Origin: Synechococcus elongatus PCC 6301
GTDB lineage: Bacteria > Cyanobacteriota > Cyanobacteriia > Synechococcales > Synechococcaceae
Direction of reading: 5' to 3'
DNA: 32,000 nucleotides
Assembly (NCBI RefSeq): GCF_000010065.1
Contig: NC_006576.1
Coordinates: forward strand, 2,664,256-2,696,255
The position numbers and the translations under genes were made by a program. The notes below the pieces were generated by a model. The model was not told the DNA's origin and ran no database searches. It saw nothing but the letters and a program-made list of their open reading frames with translations. Below, piece by piece: positions 19,212-26,184 of the stretch (positions are counted from its first letter, which is position 1; every line of letters begins with the position of its first letter).

Positions 19212-21728
19212 ATGGAAACGAGCGACAAACAGCGCTGGCTGTTAGAGAACACTTTGTTTAATGGCCTGTCGGAGCGGGCAATCGCCGCGATCGCCACAGG
19301 ACTCTCGGAAGTTACGGTTCCCAGCGGTCAGGTTCTGTCTGATCTCGACTCGTTACCGAATGCGCTCTTGATTTTGGTTCACGGTGAACTCGATCGCCAG
19401 CAACCCATGACAGGCCAGTGCGATCGCCTGTTGCCCGGTAGCGTACTCAACCTGCGGGAAATCCTGCTCCAGCAACCAGTCACCCAGCAGGTCACGACAG
19501 CAACAGATGTCCTTGTCTGGCAACTGTCGGCCGAGCAACTGCAAGCGATCGCCACAGAGCTGAATGAACTTGATCGCTACCTCTCCGCACAATTGGCAGC
19601 AGAGCTAGATGCGGTCACCGCTCAACTGCGTTTTGAACAGGCACGGTTGCGGGAGTTGCAGCCCTACGTTATCCCCAAAACTAAGCGGGGGATTGTCGGT
19701 AGTAGTCGCTATGCCCAACGGCTACGACAGGAAATTCGCCAAGCCTCGATCCGCAACGATCGTCAGCCGGTATTGATTTTTGGCGAGCCAGGTCTGGGTA
19801 AAGACAACATTGCTGCCTTGATCCACTTCGGTTCGCGGGATCGACGTGAGCCCCTGATCAAAATCAACTGCAATACGCTGCAGCCCAATGGTGCGGAGCT
19901 ATTTGGCCGTATTAATGAGCGACGGGGACTGCTCGATTGGGTGGGCAAGGGCACAGTGCTGCTCAACAACGTCCAAGACTTACCAACTGATTTGCGATCG
20001 CGGGTGATTGAGCTCCTCGCCACTGGCTACTATCGCCCGCTACCAACCCTGCAAGTACCGGAGCCAGAGCCCCAAGCGTGCCTAGCGCGCCTGATTTTGG
20101 TGGCGGAAACTAACCCTACTGACTTGGCACGGCACTGCGTTCAAACCATCAAGGTGCCGCCTCTGCGGATCCGGAAAGCCGATATCGTCGCCAGCGTCAA
20201 ATACTTCCTCAGTCGCTTTTGCCAAACGCGACGCCAGCCTCGCCCGAAGCTAACGCCGGAAGCCGAACGCCAGCTGCAGAACTACGACTATCCCGGCAAT
20301 ATTACTGAGCTGGAAAGTCTGGTGGAGCGGGCTTTAGTACAAAGCGGACAGGCTGCCGTGCTGACCGAAGATGTCTTTTGGTTTGCCTCCACGAAAGGCG
20401 ATCGCTTCCGCTGGAACCTGCTCAATGCCTATCCTCGCCTGCGGCAACTGCTACGCAGCGACTGGTGGCCAACGCGGATCAACTACGGCCTGATTCTCGG
20501 GGTGTATACGGCTGTGGTTGCCCTGCTGTTTTGGGGTCCGCAAACCCGCGCTGAGAACGTGGGGTTAACCCTGTTTTGGGCAGGCTGGTGGCCTCTGATT
20601 TTGCTGGCGTTTCCCTTTGTGGGGCGGCTTTGGTGTGCCTATTGCCCCTTCATGATCTACGGCGAACTGGTGCAGTGGGTTTCCCTGAAGCTCTGGCCGC
20701 GATCGCTCTTGCCCTGGCCACGGGCGGCAGCAGAGCGCTGGGGTGGCTGGTTCCTGTTTGGCCTCTTCGCCCTGATTTTGCTCTGGGAGGAGCTCTGGCA
20801 CCTCGAAGACGTTGCTTGGCTGTCGGCCTGTCTCTTGCTGCTGATTACCGCTGGGGCTGTTACTTTTTCGCTGCTATTCGAGCGACGTTTTTGGTGTCGC
20901 TATCTCTGCCCGATCGGTGGTATGAATGGCCTCTTCGCCAAATTGGCGGTAATTGAACTGCGGGCCAAACGCGGTGTCTGCTCTGCCACCTGCAACACCT
21001 ATCAATGCTACAAAGGTGGCCCTGCAAAAGGGGAAGGCCAAGAGACCATGGGTTGCCCGGTCTATTCCCATCCGGCTCAGTTGGTGGATAACCGCAACTG
21101 CGTTCTCTGCATGACCTGTCTCAAGGCCTGCCCCCATCGCTCGGTTGAGCTGAATCTCCGGCCACCGGCGATCGAACTATGGACCACCCATGTCGCGACA
21201 CGATCGGAAGCTGCTCTGCTCTTCCTCTTGTTGGGTGCAGTGTTTCTGCATCATCTGCCCCAGATTGCTCAGGTTTTAGGTTTAGGCGATCGCTGGCTCA
21301 CTTCCTTGGGACTGCATGCCATTTTGGCGACGGCTGTCCTGGGTACGCCGGGGTTACTGGCCTTTTTCAGCGATCGCATTTTGCACGCTTGGCAACCCCG
21401 CCTCAAATCCTTTACCGAACTGGCCTATGGCTATCTGCCGCTGGTGTTGGCGGCGAGCCTCGCTCACTACCTTTGGATGGGGTTAACAGAACTGGGACAA
21501 GTCCTACCACGCACGGCCCTTAGCTTTGGCTGGTCACCCACCAATCTCCTGCAATACAGTGCTGACCCTGCCGTGATTGCCTTCTTGCAGGCGAGCAGCT
21601 TGATCTTAGGGCTCGTCACCACCTTATTGGTCACTCAAAAAATCGCCCGCCAGCCCTGGCGATCGCTGCTGCCCCAACATAGTCTGGCCGTGGGGTTCAC
21701 CAGCCTGCTCTGGCAGTTGATTGTCTAG
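19212..21728 (+). CDS. Multidomain protein: cNMP-binding-like domain, sigma-54-activator-type AAA+ domain (degenerate), and a polytopic membrane domain with 4Fe-4S motifs
   Basis: The start is placed at the ATG at 19212 (METSDKQRWLLENTLFNGL). The AAA+ core has GEPGLGKD (19782-19805), PLRIRKADI and YPGNITELES, matching NtrC-type GESGTGKE, PLRERREDI and WPGNVRELEN. The C-terminal half has multiple TM segments plus CAYCP, WCRYLCPIGG, CSATCNTYQC and CVLCMTCLKACP (21099-21134). Confidence 0.8.
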   Translation: METSDKQRWLLENTLFNGLSERAIAAIATGLSEVTVPSGQVLSDLDSLPNALLILVHGELDRQQPMTGQCDRLLPGSVLNLREILLQQPVTQQVTTATDVLVWQLSAEQLQAIATELNELDRYLSAQLAAELDAVTAQLRFEQARLRELQPYVIPKTKRGIVGSSRYAQRLRQEIRQASIRNDRQPVLIFGEPGLGKDNIAALIHFGSRDRREPLIKINCNTLQPNGAELFGRINERRGLLDWVGKGTVLLNNVQDLPTDLRSRVIELLATGYYRPLPTLQVPEPEPQACLARLILVAETNPTDLARHCVQTIKVPPLRIRKADIVASVKYFLSRFCQTRRQPRPKLTPEAERQLQNYDYPGNITELESLVERALVQSGQAAVLTEDVFWFASTKGDRFRWNLLNAYPRLRQLLRSDWWPTRINYGLILGVYTAVVALLFWGPQTRAENVGLTLFWAGWWPLILLAFPFVGRLWCAYCPFMIYGELVQWVSLKLWPRSLLPWPRAAAERWGGWFLFGLFALILLWEELWHLEDVAWLSACLLLLITAGAVTFSLLFERRFWCRYLCPIGGMNGLFAKLAVIELRAKRGVCSATCNTYQCYKGGPAKGEGQETMGCPVYSHPAQLVDNRNCVLCMTCLKACPHRSVELNLRPPAIELWTTHVATRSEAALLFLLLGAVFLHHLPQIAQVLGLGDRWLTSLGLHAILATAVLGTPGLLAFFSDRILHAWQPRLKSFTELAYGYLPLVLAASLAHYLWMGLTELGQVLPRTALSFGWSPTNLLQYSADPAVIAFLQASSLILGLVTTLLVTQKIARQPWRSLLPQHSLAVGFTSLLWQLIV

Positions 21729-21785
21729 GTCCATCGCTATTAAGCGACTGATGTATGGGTCTACCGTGAATAGCGACCGGCGTCC

Positions 21786-22115
21786 TTAGCGTTGCTTAGG
21801 TACTGCTGTCGATGCTGGGGCTTGTTTAGAGGCGGGTCGCCAAAACCAATAGGCTGCCAGCATCAGCGTGAAATTACCGACTAGGGTAGTGCTGGCTTGC
21901 AGGGTTACGAGCCATTCCAGTTTGGGCGTGTTGTCGTAGTAGTGCCACGTGCAAGCACAGAGAGCGCTAATCAGGGCTGGAAGCATGGCGACGGCCAGTC
22001 CAAACCAACGGCGATCGCCCTGTTCCCCCAGTCGCCAGAGGTAGAGGATGGCCAGTAGCCATTCCAGCACGCTGGAGATGTGGATGACCCAAGTGGGGAG
22101 AGATAAGGCGTGCAT
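21786..22115 (-). CDS. Small integral membrane protein (Ycf49/DUF2499-like, tentative)
   Basis: From the ATG at 22115 the protein reads MHALSLPTWVIHISSVLEWLLAILYLW… and has 3-4 hydrophobic helices. The longer track ORF (to 22247) would overlap the divergent csaB start by 75 nt, so I prefer the shorter start. Confidence 0.55.
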   Translation of the reverse strand: MHALSLPTWVIHISSVLEWLLAILYLWRLGEQGDRRWFGLAVAMLPALISALCACTWHYYDNTPKLEWLVTLQASTTLVGNFTLMLAAYWFWRPASKQAPASTAVPKQR

Positions 22116-22172
22116 GGACCCAGCACTGAAGGCTCTCCAGTATTGTAGGAGGGCAAAAAGGGCGAGGACAGC

Positions 22173-23192
22173 ATGCGGGCGTTGCTCTGTGGCTATTACG
22201 GAGAGGGCAATGGGGGAGATGAGGCGCTGTTGGCAGCGCTGTTGCAACTCTTGCCGCCGACAGTGGAACCGCTGGTGCTGTCGGGGAATCCTGCGGCAAC
22301 TCGCACTTGCTACGGCGTAGAAGCTTGCGATCGCCGATCGGGGGCTGCGGTTTGGCAGGCACTGCGACGCAGTGATCTATTCATCTTTGGCGGCGGCAGC
22401 CTGATTCAAGATGTCACAAGCTGGACGAGCCCTCTCTACTACTGCGGTCTGATGGGGCTGGCACAACAGTTAGGTCTCAAAACGATCGCCTGGGCCCAGG
22501 GCATTGGGCCACTGCAGCGCAAACGAACCCGCTGGTTGGCACGCCGAACGTTTCAGCACTGCGATCGCATTACAGTGCGCGATCGCGGTTCTGCTGCCTT
22601 GCTAAAAGAGTGGGGGATTTCTGTGGCGATTGCCCCGGATCCCGTTTGGGCTTTAGAGCCGCTGCCTTTAGATCAGCCGCTGTCGAACCAAGAGGCGATC
22701 GCGGTTTGTCTGCGGCCCCACCCTGAGTTGACGCCTGAGCGCAGCGATCGCTTGAAAGCTGCCCTGACAACTCTGCAATCGCAAACCCAAGCACCCATCC
22801 TGCTGATTCCCTTCCACCACCAGCAAGATCGACCACTGGCCGCGCAATGGGCAAGCGAAATTCCCCAAGCAGAAGTTTTGGACTGGCAGCATCCGCGCCA
22901 GCTCCTCAGCTACTTTCAGTCGGTGCGATTAACGATCGCCATGCGCTTCCATGGATTAGTGATGGCAGCAGCGGCTGGAAATCGTTGCTTTGGCCTCAGC
23001 TATGACCCCAAAGTGCGCCGTTTCCTGGATGCCCTTGAGCAACCCGGCTGGGATTTGCCGGAGATTCCAGACTCTGCTGAGGCGATCGCGGCCGCTTGGT
23101 TAGAATCTTGGCAAGCAGAACCGATTCATGCCGCTGCGATCGCGGACCTCCGTCAGCAAGTGGATGTCCATCGCCAGGCTTTAGTTTTTTGA
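22173..23192 (+). CDS. csaB: Polysaccharide pyruvyl transferase (CsaB family)
   Basis: 339 aa. The N-terminus MRALLCGYYGEGNGGDEALLAALL and the segment GGGSLIQDVTS…MRFHGLVMAAAAG are typical of CsaB pyruvyl transferases. Confidence 0.85.
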   Translation: MRALLCGYYGEGNGGDEALLAALLQLLPPTVEPLVLSGNPAATRTCYGVEACDRRSGAAVWQALRRSDLFIFGGGSLIQDVTSWTSPLYYCGLMGLAQQLGLKTIAWAQGIGPLQRKRTRWLARRTFQHCDRITVRDRGSAALLKEWGISVAIAPDPVWALEPLPLDQPLSNQEAIAVCLRPHPELTPERSDRLKAALTTLQSQTQAPILLIPFHHQQDRPLAAQWASEIPQAEVLDWQHPRQLLSYFQSVRLTIAMRFHGLVMAAAAGNRCFGLSYDPKVRRFLDALEQPGWDLPEIPDSAEAIAAAWLESWQAEPIHAAAIADLRQQVDVHRQALVF

Positions 23193-23251
23193 TGTGGGTC
23201 GCTTGACCATTTCAGCTTGACTCTCGTCAGGATTAACGCCACAGAGCAATA

Positions 23252-23677
23252 TTAATCTTCCAGGGCAACCATCACATCGCTGGATTTGATCATGGTGTAG
23301 GCCTCCTGATCGACTTGTAGTTGTAGCCCTTCGACAGAAGCCCGAGTGATGACAGAAACGACTGTGACGTTTGGTGCAATTTCTAACAAAACTTCTGCAT
23401 TCACCTGACCCATCTGAATCTGGCGAATGACAGCAGTAAAGACGTTGCGAGCGCTGACCCGCATCGGTCGAGGTCCGTCTTGACTGACTGGTTGATGATG
23501 GGAGGCTGGTGACGTCGGTGCAGAATTGGAAGGCGTTGAAGCTGATGGCAGCGATCGCACGAGTTCACGCAAAACATCGGTTTTAGATCGTTGAGTCTGT
23601 TCGCAATAGTTCTCTAAAAGTTGTTGCTCAGCACTGGGTAGCTGAAAGGTAATCCAGCCCTGATCTTTGCGCGGCAT
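23252..23677 (-). CDS. Ribbon-helix-helix (CopG-like) and Mop/TOBE molybdate-binding fusion; probable molybdate-responsive regulator
   Basis: The C-terminus MRVSARNVFTAVIRQIQMGQVNAEVLLEIAPNVTVVSVITRASVEGLQLQVDQEAYTMIKSSDVMVAL is a textbook Mop domain. The N-terminus (GWITFQLPSAEQQLLENYCEQTQRSKTDVLRELVRSL) fits a beta-alpha-alpha RHH pattern. The gene is divergent from modA. I prefer the ATG at 23677 over the TTG at 23689. Confidence 0.8.
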   Translation of the reverse strand: MPRKDQGWITFQLPSAEQQLLENYCEQTQRSKTDVLRELVRSLPSASTPSNSAPTSPASHHQPVSQDGPRPMRVSARNVFTAVIRQIQMGQVNAEVLLEIAPNVTVVSVITRASVEGLQLQVDQEAYTMIKSSDVMVALED

Positions 23678-23683
23678 CCTGAA

Positions 23684-23700
23684 TACCAATAGAGTTGGTA
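23684..23700. promoter_or_regulatory. Inverted repeat TACCAA-N5-TTGGTA in the mop/modA divergent spacer (candidate operator)
   Basis: These are perfect 6-bp arms (23684-23689 and 23695-23700) lying 7 nt upstream of the regulator ATG. A TTGACA hexamer follows at 23706-23711, facing modA. The regulatory function is inferred only. Confidence 0.3.
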
Positions 23701-23767
23701 AGATCTTGACATAGGGTTAGTAGCTCTTCCATGATTGAGTAATTAGTGAAGAAAAATCGTCAACCCA

Positions 23768-24583
23768 ATGGGTGCTCAGCGCTGGCGATATGGTCTGCTT
23801 GCGGGACTTGTAGCGATCGCCTGCACCATTGGATTTCCACCCTTTTTGTCCCTCCTTGCCCCTCAGTTATCTCCGCCTGCGAAGGGGTCGGAACTCCTTG
23901 TGGCGGCAGCGGCTAGTTTGCAAAATCCCTTGCAGGAGATTACGACACTCGAGTCTGTCGATGCTCCCAAAATGACAGTTCGCTACACCTTTGCAGCCTC
24001 TGGAGCACTACAGCGACAGATTGAACAAGGCGCACCGATTGATGTCTTTATTTCTGCTGCCCAAAAGCCTATGCAGCTTCTGCAAAAACAAGGCTTAGTT
24101 TTACCAGAGACTCAAACAGAACTGCTCACGAATCAACTGGTTTTAATTGTTCCTAAGATTGCCGATAGCAATATCACGTCTTTTCAAGACCTCTTAAAAC
24201 CGACTATTCAGCGCCTTGCGATTGGCGAGCCTCGGAGTGTTCCTGCTGGCCAGTATGCGATTGAAGTCTTGCAAAACCTTGGCATTCTTGATCAACTGCA
24301 GTCCAAGCTTGTACTCAGCAATAATGTCAAAGCAGTGTTGACAGCCGTTGAGACCGGTAACGTTGATGCTGGGATTGTTTATCTCACGGATGCACAAGGC
24401 TCTAATCAAGTCATTGTGACTTGCACGGCAGACCCAGAGCTACACTCGCATATCATTTACCCTGTTGCAGTCCTTCGATCGAGTCAATCCATTCCTCAAG
24501 CCAAGCAATACCTCAAATTCCTCAAGGGTGAGCTTGCGCAGGCAGTTTTTAAACGCTACGGATTTGGAGTCCCAGCTGCTTGA
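23768..24583 (+). CDS. modA: Molybdate ABC transporter substrate-binding protein
   Basis: 271 aa with an N-terminal signal/anchor. It carries ModA-type motifs (…VAAAASL…YTFAASGALQRQIEQGAPIDVFISA…, VPAGQYA, GNVDAGIVY). Confidence 0.9.
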   Translation: MGAQRWRYGLLAGLVAIACTIGFPPFLSLLAPQLSPPAKGSELLVAAAASLQNPLQEITTLESVDAPKMTVRYTFAASGALQRQIEQGAPIDVFISAAQKPMQLLQKQGLVLPETQTELLTNQLVLIVPKIADSNITSFQDLLKPTIQRLAIGEPRSVPAGQYAIEVLQNLGILDQLQSKLVLSNNVKAVLTAVETGNVDAGIVYLTDAQGSNQVIVTCTADPELHSHIIYPVAVLRSSQSIPQAKQYLKFLKGELAQAVFKRYGFGVPAA

Positions 24584-25245
24584 CTGAGGTATTGAGCCTT
24601 CTGACCCCCCTGTGGGTTTCCCTCAAAGTCGCTCTCTCATCAACCCTAGTTGTGTTGGGAGTTGGGACCTTAGCGGGCTATCAGATGAGTCGCTATCGAG
24701 GGCGATCGCGATCGCTGATTGAGGGTTGTTTAATTGCACCGCTGATTATGCCGCCAACGGTCGTCGGCTTTATTCTATTGATGGTGTTGGGAAAGAGTAG
24801 TGTGATCGGGCAGTTTCTTGCTCGTTATGATTTGCAAATTATTTTCACGACTACCGGAGCTGCGATCGCAGCTAGTATTGTTGCTTTCCCATTAATGTAT
24901 CGAGCGGCTCTGGGAGCATTTGAGCAAATTGATGCCCTCCTTCTCGATGCGGCTCGCTTGGATGGAGCTTCAGAGGTAGAAGTGTTTTTCTGTATTGCCC
25001 TGCCTTCAGCCTGGCCTGGCATCCTAGCAGGAACAGTGCTGACCTTTGCACGGGCCTTGGGTGAATTTGGAGCAACGCTGATGGTTGCTGGGAATATCCC
25101 CGGTCAAACACAAACGATGCCGATGGCCATCTACTTTGCAGTGGAAGCGGGTCAAACTCAAGAAGCTTGGTTTTGGACAGTGATCATTTTGGGTACGGCC
25201 TATTGCGGCATTGTTGCTGTCAATGCTTGGCAAGCCTTACGCTAG
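24580..25245 (+). CDS. modB: Molybdate ABC transporter permease
   Basis: 221 aa and polytopic. It has the ABC permease EAA loop (LDAARLDGASEVEVFFCIALP) and the ModB-like segment FARALGEFGATLMVAGNIPGQTQTMP. The TTG start overlaps the modA stop (TTGA). Confidence 0.9.
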   Translation: MTEVLSLLTPLWVSLKVALSSTLVVLGVGTLAGYQMSRYRGRSRSLIEGCLIAPLIMPPTVVGFILLMVLGKSSVIGQFLARYDLQIIFTTTGAAIAASIVAFPLMYRAALGAFEQIDALLLDAARLDGASEVEVFFCIALPSAWPGILAGTVLTFARALGEFGATLMVAGNIPGQTQTMPMAIYFAVEAGQTQEAWFWTVIILGTAYCGIVAVNAWQALR

Positions 25246-25300
25246 AACCGTATTCCTGCAGTCACGATCTGGCGGGATTGAATCACAGGCGATCGCCCTA

Positions 25301-26062
25301 ATGCCCAGCGCTGTTCTCGACCTGAAATTTAAGATTTGGCGGCAGGCATCTGCGCAAGCTACAGGTCAGTTCAAAACCTATGCGTTGCAGCAAGCCTCCG
25401 CCGATCTATCTCTGCTGGAGGCTCTCGACTCTTTGAATGAGCAGCTAATTACTCAAGGGGAAGACCCGATCGCTTTCGACCACGATTGTCGAGAGGGAAT
25501 TTGTGGGTCCTGTGGATTTTTGGTGAATGGGCAAGCCCATGGGCCACTAGCCGGTACCAGTGTTTGTCAACTCTATCTGCGTCACTTCCAGTCTGGCGAT
25601 TGTCTGACGCTAGAACCTTGGCGGGCTCAGGCGTTCCCCTTGGTTAAAGACTTAGTTGTCGATCGTAGTGCTCTCGATCGCATCATCCAAGCAGGAGGAT
25701 ACTGCTCGGTCAACACGGGGAATGCACCTGAGGCCAACGCAATTTTGATTAGTCAGGCGGAGGCTGCTCAAGCCTTTGATGCCGCCGTTTGTATTGGTTG
25801 TGGAGCTTGTGTCGCTGCCTGTAAAAATGCTTCTGCCAGCTTGTTTACTGCAGCTAAACTGGCGCACTTATCGCTGCTCCCCCAAGGGCAACCCGAGCGA
25901 TCGCAGCGCGTCTTAAACCTCGTTACCCAGATGGAAGCAGAGGGCTTTGGCAGTTGCAGCAGCCTCTTGGAATGTCAGGCCGTTTGTCCCAAGGAAATCT
26001 CCGCCGACTGGATCAGCCGTATGCAACGTCAATACTGGCAAGCCCTCTGGCAGCAACGTTAA
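25301..26062 (+). CDS. sdhB: Succinate dehydrogenase/fumarate reductase iron-sulfur subunit
   Basis: It has a 2Fe-2S motif CREGICGSCG…C, a 4Fe-4S motif CIGCGACVAACKN, and a third cluster motif C…CQAVCPKEI. I prefer the ATG at 25301 (MPSAVLDLKFKIWRQ); the track start at 25211 overlaps modB. Confidence 0.85.
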   Translation: MPSAVLDLKFKIWRQASAQATGQFKTYALQQASADLSLLEALDSLNEQLITQGEDPIAFDHDCREGICGSCGFLVNGQAHGPLAGTSVCQLYLRHFQSGDCLTLEPWRAQAFPLVKDLVVDRSALDRIIQAGGYCSVNTGNAPEANAILISQAEAAQAFDAAVCIGCGACVAACKNASASLFTAAKLAHLSLLPQGQPERSQRVLNLVTQMEAEGFGSCSSLLECQAVCPKEISADWISRMQRQYWQALWQQR

Positions 26063-26184
26063 GACTGGATCAGTAAATCCTAGGATTCAGTTGTTCTAGA
26101 GACTCGAGTACATTAATTAGCGCTATGAAGTTGTCGCCCGAGCTATAGCTGCGCTAGGCTTGCAGCAACTTTTGATGCTTTCAC

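Noticed and set aside
21734-21776. An 8-bp inverted repeat TCGCTATT/AATAGCGA between the convergent 838-aa gene and the Ycf49-like gene, considered as a bidirectional terminator.
   Set aside because: The 27-nt loop and the lack of flanking T/A runs make it a weak terminator candidate. I noted it but did not call it.
26079-26117. A cluster of 6-bp restriction-type palindromes upstream of pAgo that looks like a polylinker: CCTAGG 26079-26084, TCTAGA 26095-26100, CTCGAG 26103-26108, ATTAAT 26112-26117.
   Set aside because: There is no vector, marker or scar sequence on either side, and the flanks run straight into native-looking genes. Short palindromes are easy to find in AT-rich spacers. I treat it as a coincidence or as part of natural regulatory palindromes, not as evidence of engineering.
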